The notes below the pieces were generated by a model that was not told the DNA's origin, searched no databases, and saw only the letters and a program-made list of their open reading frames with translations. The translations under genes and the position numbers were made by a program. A stretch of 64,000 bases of DNA, from the NCBI RefSeq assembly GCF_009914755.1, contig NC_060930.1; one strand, given 5' to 3'. Below are positions 1-18,310 of this stretch, piece by piece; the first letter of the stretch is position 1, and the number at the start of each line of letters is the position of its first letter. Source of the stretch: the human T2T-CHM13v2.0 reference genome, Homo sapiens.

Positions 1-35
1 AGAACTAGATGAACATGTTTAATATGCCTTTTTTT

Positions 36-575
36 CCCCACAGTGCTTTTTTCACAAACATTAATTTATTTCTAAAAATTATGGTCAAATATATATAACA
101 TTTACTGTTTTAACCATTTTTACAGTTCAGTGTTATTAAGTACATTCACGTTGTGGTGCAATTATTACCACCATCCATCACCAGAACTTTTTTCATCTTA
201 CAAAACTGAAACACTATAACCATCTAACAATAACTCCCCATTTTCTCTCCAACAGTCCCTGGCAAGAACCCATTCTACTTTCTATCTCTATGAATTTGAC
301 TGTTCCTTATGTGAGTGGAATCATTTAGTATTTGTCCTTTTGTGACTGCCTTATTCATTTATAATAATGTCCTCAAGGTTTATTGATGTTTCAGCATGTG
401 TCAAAGTTTCCTCCCTTTTTAAGGCTGCATAATATTGTGTTGTATGCATATACTACATTTTGTTTATCCATTCATTTGTTGATGGATGTTTGGGTTGCTT
501 CTGCCTTTTGCCTATTGTGTCCTAAGACTGCTATAAATACTGATGTGCAAATATTTGGTAGTGTCACTGCTTTTT
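36..575 (-). mobile_element. Old L1 (L1MA/L1MB-type) 3' end
   Basis: Reverse-strand L1M 3' UTR text (acattcacgttgtggtgcaattattaccacc; gtgagtggaatcatttagtatttgtcc) running into the end of ORF2. Confidence 0.85.
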
Positions 576-1500
576 TAATTCAGAAGAACAAAGTTGGAGG
601 ACTCACAGTTCTTTTTTTCAAAACTTACTGCAAAGCTGTAGTTATCAAAACGGTGTGACAGTGGCAAAAAGACAAACATTGATGAATGGAATAGAATAGA
701 GAACCCAGAAATAAACCCTTGAATATCTAGTCATTAATTTTTGACAATGATGCCAATACCATTCAACAGGGGAAAGGACAGTCTTTTCAACAAATGATGC
801 TGGGAAAACTGGATATTCACATGCAAAAGAATGAATTTGGACCTTTATTTAACACCATATACAAAAATGAACTCAAAATAGATCACAGACTTAAATGTAA
901 AACTATAAAACTCTTAGAAGAAAATGTAGGGGAAAAGCTTCGTGAAATTGGATTTGATAATGACTTTTTAAATATGGCTCTAAAGGTATAGGCAACAATA
1001 AAAATAGATAAATTGGACTGCATCGAAATTAAAAATATGTACTTTGAAGGACACTATTAACAGGGAAAAAAGGCAGTTCACAGAATGGGAGAAAATACTT
1101 GCAAATCATGTATCAGATAAGAGATTAATATCCAGAATATATGGAGAACTTCTAAAACTCTACAAAAAAAACCCCAATCAATTAAAAAAATAAGCAAAGG
1201 ACTTGCATAGACATTTCTCCCAAATTGATAATTTATATATAAATTACCAGTATATAAATTACCAGTGAAAAGATGCTCAACATCATCAATTATTAGGAAA
1301 TGCAAGTCAGTATCCCAGTGGAATACCACTTCGTACTCATTAGGATGGCTGTTATCAAGAAAACAGGAAATAACAAGTGTTGCTGAGGATGAAATTGGAA
1401 TCATTGTGCATTGTTGGTGGGAATGTAAAGCGACACAGCCACAGTGGAAAACAGTACGGTAGTTCCTCAAAAAATTAGAATTTCCATATGATGCAGCAAT
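576..1500 (+). mobile_element. Inverted ORF2 fragment of the same old L1 element
   Basis: Degenerate ORF2 C-terminal peptides (KNKVGGLT..FKTYCKAVVIKTV; HCWWECK..QPQWKTV) in sense orientation. Confidence 0.85.
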
Positions 1501-1786
1501 ATGCCTTTCTTTTTATCTCATTTAAAAAATCCAGCTGAATGAGTTAGCATAGAAAATGGAATGGAAATATTGATGCATGCTTCATTTACTTTAGTTTTTC
1601 TTATTTATTACTTTGATGACCTTTTGTGATTTTTCCAAATAAGGATTTTAGACACTACTAAAATTAGAATGGGTACAAACGGTCACTGTATTTTACTTTC
1701 TCTAATTTATAACACTGACCTCTCAGAACTTTAGTTCTATATGACGTGGATATAGACTAGATAAGAATTTCTCAGCCTGTCAGCAC

Positions 1787-1918
1787 TATTTATTTATTTC
1801 TCTATTTATTTGTTTAAGAGTCAGGGTCTTGCTCTATTTCCTATACTGGAGTGTGGTGGTACAATCATACTTCACTGCAGCCTTGAACTCTTGGGCTCAA
1901 GCAGTCCTTCCGCCTCTC
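1787..1918 (-). mobile_element. Partial AluJ-type right arm
   Basis: agagtcagggtcttgctct...cactgcagccttgaactc, preceded by a (TTTA)n tail. Confidence 0.8.
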
Positions 1919-2007
1919 ACAGTATTCTCACTGTTGGCTTGTTGACCAGTGGCTTAACAAATACCATTTAAGAAAATAAGATATTTAATATATTTTGTAG
2001 GATATCA

Positions 2008-2530
<523 letters not shown>

Positions 2531-2702
2531 TATTTCCATGTAATGTGGACACTGAAATTCTGAGAGGTGGAGTTGCTCAGTGGCAAGTGGTCTAGGGCTC
2601 ACGCTTCCTAAAACCCAGTTCTAGGATTTTTGTACTATATATTTTTCCCTCATTTATAAATGAACAGCTAATTTATGTAAAAACATAAAAATAAGGAATT
2701 CT

Positions 2703-5699
<2,997 letters not shown>

Positions 5700-8600
5700 T
5701 AAGGAATTCTAATGAAACAAAGGTCATGGGTTTTGATTAGTCATGAAATAAGAGGCTAGCGATCAGAAACCTATATTAAAAAGTTTGAAAAAAATCTATT
5801 TTTGTGATTCTCTTGTGAACGAGATTTTCTGAGTGCATTAGGTTGTTCTGGGGTTGGAGCTACTTCTGTAACCATTGTTTTCAATTTAATTGATTACACA
5901 ATAAATGTTAGAGCTACCAACAGGTGTTCTCTTTGACATTTTAAGTATCAGTCAGAATGTAATGACCTTAAGCCAGTTTTTCTCAATCTTATTTGACAAT
6001 GGCATGCTTTTAAAAATGTTCAAATGTGAGCACCAATAGGGGCTTGGAAGATAGGCTTGGATTAAAGTGAACAAGGAAAAATGGGATTATAGATAATTAT
6101 TGTCAGAAAGTATAAAATTGATTCATGTATCTTTTAAGCATCACAAGAATTAGAAAATGAGACCATGTGTATTTTATTAAGAACAATATGTATTAGAAAA
6201 GTAAAAGATCTTTGTTTTATATTTTCATTATCAAATATGACATCCACATCCTCAAGCCACACATCCACGTAATATGAAAGATGTTGCTAAATTAGTTTCC
6301 CAAACCTGATTCTTAGTCTTCTGAAAATTCTCTTCTAGACTGGTGCCTTTAACAGGGGGAGGAACCCAGACATTTTTTTCCCTTCAGTATTTAGAATTTC
6401 TTGAATGAGTACACCCTAGATATTTTAATTGTTTTATTTTTGACAGCTCAGTTTCTAATTTTTGCACATCAAGACCAGTGAATTTTCATTTCTTATGTAT
6501 TTGGAGTTGCTTGTTTTTTGATTCAGATATAATTTTTGGATTACAAGCCTGTTCTTTTGCTTTAAACTTCCCATTTCAACCATAGATCTTGAGGAAATCT
6601 ATGTACGTAGTTGAAATTTATTTTATTGAGTAATAAGTGTTAGATTATAAAATCAAATAAAATACAAATATATATTGAAATTTTAAGAGAGTTTAACATA
6701 TAATGTTATCCACTAAAAAGATGAATTATGTTAATCCTAATATGAGTTATAAATACTGTCTATCTATTATTGCTCAGGTTGAATGTCAGGTAATGTGTGA
6801 CTTGCTGCCATTCCTAGGTATAGCTGACCCATACGTAAAGGTAGAGTAGAACATAGAACTATTAAGTACTATAGCTATATATTTAGCACTTTTCTTTCAG
6901 ATCTAATAATACCTTTTAGAAGGCCATAGGAGTCCCTTTGGGACACAGGAATGGGAATAAAAACATATAAAAATAATACAAAGTTGGGGATTTTTACACA
7001 TTTGAAAAATACAGTAGTGCTTACTCTGACTCTCTCTATTCATGCTTTTGATTACCATGCTGCAATATTGGCTGTGTTGGGGGAGGAGGAGTATTGAAAA
7101 ACATTTTGCTTTTGTGTTTCTTTGACCTAACTTTAAGACTATTAAGTTTATTTATCTTTTGTCAGAGTCATTTTTCTTTTCTAAAGAAAAACCACATGCA
7201 GTGAAGGAATTAAAAATGGGCCTGCTGCCACTGCTATTTTGGAGATTCTTAGATTAGCTTAGATCAGTCCAGTTATGAAAAAATTTTTTTCTCTTTCAAA
7301 CAGTGCCGCATATTCCTTGATTTCAATTTCTCAGAAGTCTGGGAGATTATCAGTGTAACATTTCTACCAAATTTCTCAAAATTAAAAAGAAATCCAGTGA
7401 AGAGTATCAATAAATACAGACAATTTAGATTCCTAAAATTATCAGGGCTGAAAAAGGATCAGTATAACAATTTTATGGAGCAGTTCAGATTGGTCAATAT
7501 CTGGGGATGCTTGGATTCTCCCATCCTGTTTTGTTCATCTTAAAACAGATCACAAAGTCCGTTAAATTTCAACTGCTCCTCTTTCTAGGAGTTGCATGTG
7601 TGATAGCCATAGCAGCTGTATGGCAACTTCACGTTGACACTGTGCTCAGACATTGAGTTGATATTGTCACTTACCTGAAGTCACTTAACTGTCTCAGGAA
7701 GTTTGAATCTAAATGTGTAGGTTATTACACAGCAATACATTCTGTGCCTCTAATTCTGTCTTGGAAATCCACTGTTATCACCTTTAATGCAGTTATAAAG
7801 TCACATAATCATAAAGTTCACTAGGAAAAGTTATTTTCCAGTCAGACTAGGAGGAGCCAATAAAAACAGCTCTACGTGGAGGACAGTATTAATGTCATTT
7901 GCCAGATATTTGTTGAGTGAGACTGCCTATGCAAAAGTCATAGAGAATTAGAGCACAGTGCTTTGTTTTCTGTTCCCATTTAACATAGATGAGATTTCTC
8001 AGTTGCTTTGATTGGCAGAGTTGATGAAGGATCAGTTAGGTAAAGGTTGGCAAATGTCATGTGCTAAGAAATCACTTGTGAAGCTTGTTGGACAAAAAGT
8101 TTTCAGTTTCCTGGTGAGCAGCTACACCCAAAGGCGGCTTTAGCAGTGAAATGCTTGACCTTCTCTTGTGGCATCCTGCCATCCTTCCCCTCTAGATCCT
8201 CTGGCCACCAGCCAGAAGTGGTGGCATCTAGCCAATCATAAATTAGTCAGAGGATTCTTATTCTGTAATACTGGCTCTTGGAAACTCTAGTATCTTTAGT
8301 AATAAGGAATTTCTTCTCCGTTTCTGGGCATGCTGTTCATTTAACCCATCTTTTCTGTTTTCTGGTCTTTGCCAGCTTGGAGTCTAGCAGAAACAAAGAA
8401 ACTTGTTTCTAAGCCAAAAGGAAACACACAAACCTAGTAGTATATCCTTAATCAATATCCTATAGACAATGAATTTGAGCATTTCTTTCTTTAAAAAAGT
8501 GGATGTTCCTCAAAACTCAAAAGGAAACTCAAAATCACTTCAGGAACATCTTAATTCTGTATTCAACGGCAGAAATACAGCATATTAAATGGCATAAGCC

Positions 8601-10499
8601 CACTGGATTTATTCAGATCTAAATTAAGCATTGATAGGATGGACCTGAAAAGGAAAACTTATCGTGTTCTTAACAAATTCATAAGTCCAGTAAGGCAACT
8701 TAGGTATTTGCATGAAGAAGGCACTTTTTCTTTTGTCAAATAAAGATTCTGCAAAGTTTCTGTCCAAGAACTTTTTAGCTTTTATAGTATACAATATGTC
8801 AGAGAAAGTTACAACTCTGATTACAATGCATAACTGTTTATATGAAAAGAGAAAGTTTGATATCTTGACATACATTTAATGCACTAGTTGTGTTCTCTGT
8901 AATGACTGAATTCATCCTGCAGTTTGATGAAGGTGAATCGGGAGGGGAACCTGGATCTTGGGAACTTCCAACCTACCCAGCCTCTTCTGATATCTCTTAG
9001 ACACTTGTAAGCAGAATTTGAGCCAAATAGTCTCAATGAAGCATTCCCTTCATTCATTTCTGGCCAGATTAACTTAATTCACGCTCATTTCTAGCTCACC
9101 CTCTTTCTTTCTTAAAGCATGAAGTAGAAGGTAGTTCATGGCTCAGCTTAAACTCCCATTACATTGAAAGATTTCAGTAAAGTAAAATTTCAGTAAAATT
9201 TGTTCCCAATTTTACCAGTCTGAGTGATCCTAAGCTGCACAGTATTCATTTTACTAAGGGAGCAACAGCCAAGTTACTGCACAGTCTTCCACTGTTTAAA
9301 TTGTCTTGTAGCAGTATAGTGCCACTGCTGTTGTTTTTTCCATCCCACGTTTCATTTTCCCTAGAATATCTCCATGTTCCAGGGAAGTACAGGATCAGAG
9401 AATAGGCAGCGTTCTTTCTGAGAGTTGTACGTAGTTACATAACGTATCAGGATTTTCTTGTTCAGTTTTATCTTTGTAGATCCCCTTCTGCTATTGTTTG
9501 TGTCTGTTTTGGTTTCTAATTTCTGCCAAACTGCTAAGGGATTTGATCCAACTGTTAGCATTTGATGTGTTTTTTCCCTTCCAGATCACATGGACTCTAT
9601 CTTTCTGTTGTGAATCTCTCTTGTGGAGGCTTTAGCAGTTAGTTGGGCAGGGTCTTGCCTTGCCTGTCCTCTTCTTTATTGTGCACAGCCATGAGTGGAC
9701 TGTTGTCCATCCTCTGGAGCATACACACAAAAGCCTGTGTTGATGGTGCAGTAACAACATATGGATCAGTGGTCCTTGCCTTTGCTAACATTGTGGTATC
9801 AGGAGTGCTTGAGGGGACTTTCCCCCAAACCACCTCATCCATACATCAAATCTAAGTAAAAACAATGGGCTTGCTATGAACATGTAAGTTTAACACAAGC
9901 CCACTGGCTTTTGTTTCCAACTAGAATGGTTCTTTAAGCTGCTCTTATAGATATTTTGGAGCTTCTGCTGCCTGGCAACTCAACTCTGTCAGTTTCATTT
10001 AGTTGGGTCAGTTTTATAGTTTCTGCAGAACTGGAAGCTGGCCATTTAAAATAGCCTTGGTTCCACTGACACATGTGATGTGATTGCTGGACCAACTGTT
10101 CACAAGTTGTGAAGAGATTACAAGACAGTAGTGGGCTGAAATATGCTCAGTAGAGAAAGGCTGGTGTTGACTGATACCATTACCACATTGACCAGTGGGT
10201 ACAGGAAGTAGGTAGTTACTGTTGAAGTATAATAAACACCACCAGGCTTTGTCTAGGCTAAGGCACTTCTTTAGTATGCCCTGGGATCTCTTGGGTTATT
10301 TTCCTGGTTACAGAGACCAATTTATTAGCTCTAAGAGCTTGTTGGAGATGCCATCCTAGGAAGGTAGATGCCTTCCAGTTGTGTGTATGTGTGTATATAT
10401 GTGGAATAAATATTTGAAATGGGTTTCAGACAGCTACAACACTGTTTGCTTCACAGCACTGCTTCCCTACCTTGCCCATATGCTGCAATACTGACATGC

Positions 10500-10610
10500 C
10501 AGTCTCACCCCAGAGATTAGGAGTTACTGGTATGGAATGTGGCCAGGGTGTTGGAGGTTTAAAAGGTCCCCAAGTGATTCAAATGTGCGGCCAAGTTTGA
10601 GAACTACTGC
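10500..10610. mobile_element. MER5-family hAT-Charlie fossil
   Basis: ccccaagtgattcaaatgtgcggccaagtttgagaactactg terminal motif. Confidence 0.65.
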
Positions 10611-11464
10611 TCTGGAAGGTACTAAAATTTTAAAGATGTGGTCCCTGCCTTTAAGGAAATCATAGTATACATAGGCCAAAGCAAAATTACATGGAAGTAA
10701 AATAACAGTGTAAGAATGAAATAACAATATAAAATGATAAAAATAACGCCTGGTAACTTCGTTTCTTTTATTTAGGCTAGAATTTAAATGACAGAATTAA
10801 ATTGTGCATTGAGAGTTTTGATAGAAAATGGCAACTGAGACTTCTGGAAAAAGAAGCAATTGAACATAGGCATCTACTTTTGTTCCTCCCAAAACCCCAC
10901 TAAAATATCAAGGGATCTTCTTTTGTCAAGGCCTAAATCCGCAGGGATGGGGAGAATGGGACTGGAGACAACCTGAAGAAAATGTTGGAAGCTGGAAGGT
11001 AAAGGACTTAGGAGGCTTGGAAAAACAGAATCTGGAGTGAGCAGTGGGGCAGCCAAGAACCAGCCTGGTTTACATTAAAGAATTGCCCAAAGGCTTAGGA
11101 ATTGGCAACATCAAGTACTTCTGGGAATAGGGATGAATGGAGTGGGGCTTTAGAATAGGGAGAATTGGTTGAAAATCTTTTTAAGAGCCCCTCAGATCTC
11201 TAGCTTCCCTCTACCACCTGGAAGAATCTGGAGGTTAATTCTCCAAGGAGAATGTATTAATAAAATACATCTAGAGAGAAGGAAGGCTGGGAAATGTAGT
11301 CTTTGTTCTGTGTGGACATGTGCTCAGCTAAAGCTCTGGGGTTCTGTTACTGCGGGAGAAGGGGAGAATAAATACTGGGGGACAATTAGCAGTTGGCACT
11401 ATGCTTACATACACACATACTTGCTACATTAATATAATAATATTGATAATGATATTGATGGTGA

Positions 11465-11680
11465 TAATAGTAGCAGCAAAGTCTTAGAGTGCTTTTTACA
11501 TGCCCAGCACTGTTCTTAGAACTTTACATATATTAACTCACTTAATTCTCAACAATCCTGTAAAGTTAGTTCTATTCTTATCCCACTTTGCAGATACAGA
11601 AACTAATGTACAAAGAGGTAAAATAACTTCCCCAGGTTTCACAACTGAAACCAGGCCTGAGACCTCATCTTTCTGTGATT
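11465..11680 (-). mobile_element. MIR SINE
   Basis: atgcccagcactgttcttaga...tcccactttgcagatacagaaact core. Confidence 0.7.
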
Positions 11681-12044
11681 AAACCTGACATTGTGATTAA
11701 GTTTGAAGAAACTGATTGCTAATTAATGTTGTTCATTGTATTGGTTTTGTGTTCTCTTTGAAGAAAATAGTAGTGATATATGTGCTCAATAAATATAAGG
11801 AGTTATTGCTATTTTTATAAAATTATATGTTTGTACAAATTCAAGTTGCATTAGATTACAAATAATTTAACCTTTGATGTCTATTAACTTTTTATGTTTA
11901 AAAAAGGTTCATACATTTTGAAGACAATCAGAGAAGGTGGTAAGTTGAGTGATTAAATTGTAATTTAAAACATAACTGTGGTCACAGTGTAGAGAAGCTG
12001 AGACTAAAAGCAGGGAGACGGGGGTGAGATGATGCCTGAGTCCA

Positions 12045-12215
12045 GGCGTTGTGACCTTCGGTGTGCGTCAGAGGCCCCTGGAATGCTTCTTAGATCATAG
12101 AATGCTGGATTTCACCCTCAAGATTTCTGATTTAGTAGGTTTGAGATGGGGCCCAACAATCTTTACTGCTAAGAAGTTTCCAGAAGCAGCAGCTGCTGCA
12201 GGTCTGAGAACCACA
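12045..12215. mobile_element. MER5A fossil
   Basis: gatttctgatttagtaggtttgagatggggccc...gctgcaggtctgagaaccaca. Confidence 0.6.
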
Positions 12216-13114
12216 GCACCTATCTGAGAGGTAATGAGAGTCTAAATTGTGGTAGTGGAGGGAAGGGATAGGTGATGAGGCATCAGTCAGGGAGAATTGA
12301 CAGGATTGTGATTCTTTGAAGTTGAGGTGAATGGAGAGGCAAGGATCCAGAGCAGTGGTGAGGGGTTACACATTGAATGAAATTCCTGTTGGTTGTTACA
12401 ATTAGGAGGCCATTGGTACTTGCTGACCTCAATAAAAGCAATTTTCATGGAAAAGTAGGGTCAGACATAGATTAGAAAACTGAGATTTTGAGGAGATAGG
12501 TTAAATCCTGTAATATATTGTAGAATACATTTAGATTTCTTTAGTTCTGAAATGCTTGATTATACTCTGTATCCCAGCTTATTTTAGCAGGCCATCTGAT
12601 ACTGACCAAACTAATGCTTCCATTGTCTTCATGATACTTTCTGGCTTTCCACTCACCTTTTGCTTAAAAGTGGTCCTGACATTTTTAAGAAGTGTCCATA
12701 TCTACTTTATTTCAAGTGAAAGTCATCCTTCTGCATATATGCTTATTAGTTTCAGATCAGTGTAGAAACCTTTCTGCTTGCATTTTCTTCTGTATGGTGA
12801 CTTTTGAGCTCTTTCTCTTAGATCCTGCTTTTGGGTCCTCAAAACAGCTCAGATTTAAGACGTCAGAGCTGTCAAGCTCTGCTGGTTTTACTTTGGGGTT
12901 TCTTTCACTATTGTTCCCATTGCCACTATCATAGTTCATGCTCCCAGTACTTTTGATCTGAATGATTATAGCAATTATCATGAGTCTTTGTTCTCACTCT
13001 CCTTCCTAGTCTTATTTAATTTAAAAATATCTGTGAGATTGATTTTCCAAAATAAAGCTCTGATCATAACACTTCTTTGCTTAAAATCTTCTCAGTGTTT
13101 AATAGTAAAGTCCA

Positions 13115-14402
<1,288 letters not shown>

Positions 14403-14914
14403 AATAGTAAAGTCCAGTTTTCATAGCTTAGTATAAGACTTTTGTTTCTAGCTTCAAGTTTTTTCCCCCATATTCTTGGCTGCACCCACACTACCCACCA
14501 GTTGTCCCCAGTCTTCTCTGCCTGTCTGCCTTCCTTATGCTGCTCTGTCCCTCAGAAGGCCCTCTCTTTCCACTTCAAATCCAACCTCTATTCTGGACCC
14601 TGCTCATCTTCTTATAGCCCTTGCTATCTAGAATTCCTTTTAACTATTGTCTATTTCCATCTAGTACTGTACCTGTAACTCAGTATACTTATTTTCAACC
14701 ATGTATTTACTTATATATAATATTCACCTTCTTGTCTCCCACGATGCCCATAATAGTGCCAAACACAAAGATTGGTTGAATGAATGAAGAATGGGAAACC
14801 AGCTAGGATATAGTGCAAATAAAGGAAATAAAATGATGATTCATTTAACTGATACAGTAAATATATTGCATATCAGTGAATGATGTCTAATGGAATTTTC
14901 TAAAGCTAATATGA

Positions 14915-15277
<363 letters not shown>

Positions 15278-18094
15278 TGATTGTTCAGAAATCTTTTTTA
15301 TTTAACTTCTTAGCTTTTAATTGAGTCCTAGATATTTCAGTGAGCTGAATACTGTCCTTAATATATGTGAAATGTCACTGTTATATTATGCCATTTTTAA
15401 TAAGCTTGTTAAGCATCACTTGGATGATACATGTGCATATATGTGTACTTATTCACACATGAATTCACATGTATTTTACCTAAGATTAATATGGGCCAAC
15501 TGTGTTTTCTATACAATGGAATATTATTAGATGGACTAATGGATTCACTAGCCTGATTAATGATCTGTACCAGTTAATTTCTGCGTTTTGATACATCTTA
15601 TTGATGTGTTTTCTGATTCTATTTTTATTTACTCATTGGAGTGTGAACTAGAAAAATACTATACACAAGTAATTAGATTGTAGAAGTGATGTGTAAGATT
15701 TGTTTGTTATAATTGATTTTAGATGCAGAAACATTTAGAGCTAGCATAAGAAAAGTTGATGTAAGTTATGAAAATTAGAAAACATTTCAGATTTAGAATA
15801 TAATGATATTATTTAATTTTTAAAACTAACTTTTTTTTTTTTTGTTTTTTTGTTTTTGGCCAAACATTAATCATTTGGGGCTTTTAAACTGTATTGCATT
15901 TGGGACCGCCTGTATGTGGGCCTTTAGTTAGTTCCAGTAGCAGTGAGACTCAGATATTTTGAAAGAACAATATCAGATATAGTTAGTGAATATTGCTTAT
16001 TTTCAGGTTAAAACTGATTCTTCATTCTCTTGAGCTTTCTTTTATTAATAGGTCCTCAGTTTGGACTTAGAATTCATTTAATGTCAACCTTCTCTTGTTT
16101 ACAAAGGGGAAAGCTCATTTATTTTTCATGCTTTGTCATATTGTTCCCTTTGTTTCTGAGAAAAGGGCACCAGCCTATTTAGATAGAGCAGTTTAGGCTA
16201 TTTATAAAGCTAGGCAGGTTAATTGAAATTGACAGCTTGGTAATGTCCTCCTTGGTGAATGACGCACAAGGGTTTTAGATGATGTTGGCATGCTGTTTTC
16301 ACTTATAGTCAGGAATCAGCTGGAGGAATTTGTGTGCTTTGAGCTCTGGTGTTGACGTAGGTACTGGGTACAGATATGTTTTAGGAAACATCTCATTTCC
16401 ATATAAATGAAGGAAGATTAAAAAGAAAAATTTCAATGGCTTGCCCTTAAATTGAAGCTGGTATCACAAGGATGATGATAATACTTCTTTTGATTTTCTG
16501 GAAAAACAGCTTTGGTTGTATTCAAGCACTGTGGAGTCGTTACAGGTTTATTCAGAAATATTTTTGTATTCTTTTTTTTTTTAATCTGTTTATTCAGCAT
16601 CAGCTATGTGTACATTAATTTGAAAAACTACATTTTTATTGTGTATTCCTCCAAACTCCAACTTTAATCTCTTAGGTTTTAGATTGCTCCATTTAAGAAA
16701 TTTGTACAGGTACATAAATAAACTTGATTTTAATAAAAGATAGAAGACTGAAATAGTTTTTCTTTCTTACATGACAAGACTGTTATTCTTTCTTTTTTAA
16801 GGACATAGTAAATATCAGTTTGCCTGAAATGAGTTTTTGTGTTTTTCTCTTCAAGTGTCACTTAAAGGAGAGGCTAACAAGCTTAAATAGTCACTTAAAT
16901 GAGAGTTTAATTTAAGCTTAACTGGTTATGTAGTCATATTCCCTGACACCCAAACATTTAGGTCATAATCATTTGTTTCATTCATGACAGGGTGATTTCC
17001 AAAGTACAGACATTTTATCTCAGAATCACATTGAGCATGCACGGAAGCAAATTTTAGCTTACATAAAGTTAAGAAACACTAGTAGTTGATTTATTATTAG
17101 TTGTAATATATCTTCTATGGGCCCATAGCCTTATCAAAACTAGCACTGACAATTCCTGAAGATATCTGGGGCTCTTGGCATGGTGAGTTGGTCCTGTACT
17201 TCCAGGTTCATGCTGGTACCTTTGTGGATCATCATGTCTGTCATATGGACCTTAGTCAAATGTTATGGCAAACAGCACACAGCATATAGCTCAGGGACCC
17301 TTGAGGGGGCTAGTGTAGAGTGAGGGCTTTTAAGTGGAGGCTTGCTTGAAAAGAACTGTGATCTCTTAGGATCAGTTGCCCCTCATTTCCAAGCAGTGCT
17401 TGGAGGGCTTTGGGCCCCCTTGGTTGGGTTCAATCCTTGACCTGTGTAGTCTGTAAGTTGCTGTAGATACACAGCTGCAGCAGTAACATTGTTCTTTAAT
17501 CCAGGAGTTGCCTTTGATCTTCAGCCCTTCATTCTCACTCTTGGGGTCTCTTTTTTGCAGAAGGTGAGCCGTGGCCAGGCTTCCTGTTTATAGCCTCCCT
17601 CTGTTCAGTGGTAAACCTCAGGATTTTTGGATGAAGATCTTTGGATGTGTGCCTCCTTGGTGCCCATTCATGGTCTTGCTAATGGAACAGGATTTGGGTT
17701 CATAGTTTTGAATTGCCTGTCACAGCCCCGCTGTCATGGCTGAACTTCCTTCCCCACCCCACCCTTCATCCCAGATAGAGAGATAATGCTTATTGTTGAG
17801 TGATTCAAGGTACTGTAGACATCTTCCAGCTGGAGTGGATAGAGTTTGAGGATAGTGGATAGAGTTTGAGGATGAGCACAGTACATGCCTAGTGAGATCT
17901 TCCAGCTGATGGTCTGGGATCCTTAAAGACCATGCAACGTCCTCAGTACTTCTCAGTGCCAATTGTCAGGGGATTTTTGGCTGCCACGTGCCTCTCAACT
18001 AACAACTATTAAGTCCTGTTGGTTCTATAGTGTTTCTCAAATTCTTTCTTCTTCTTATTTTCCTCAACACTATCCTGATAATAGCATTATACAT

Positions 18095-18310
18095 CTTATA
18101 AAATGCTTTATGGTTTGCAGAGCACTTGAATGTGCTTTATCTTATTTGATCCTCAGATCAGCTCTGATTGATAGCCAGGTTAGTTATTTTTATCCTGATT
18201 TTGTGGATGAGGAAACTGAAGCACAATCCAACACCACACAACTGGTAAATGGTGGAACCAGATTTAAACCCATGTATCGTGATGCCAGAGCCCATGCTTT
18301 TAAGCACTGT
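18095..18310 (-). mobile_element. MIR SINE
   Basis: atcctgattttgtggatgaggaaactgaagcaca core. Confidence 0.7.

Noticed and set aside
9230-9370. Bornavirus glycoprotein-like spacing (KR...EDC...LLL) in a minus frame
   Set aside because: Only a few residues match by eye and the frame contains stops; not supportable without a profile search.
5711-13100. A fixed inversion between the two L1PA elements
   Set aside because: Each L1 is flanked by its own matched TSD; a single crossover would have swapped them.
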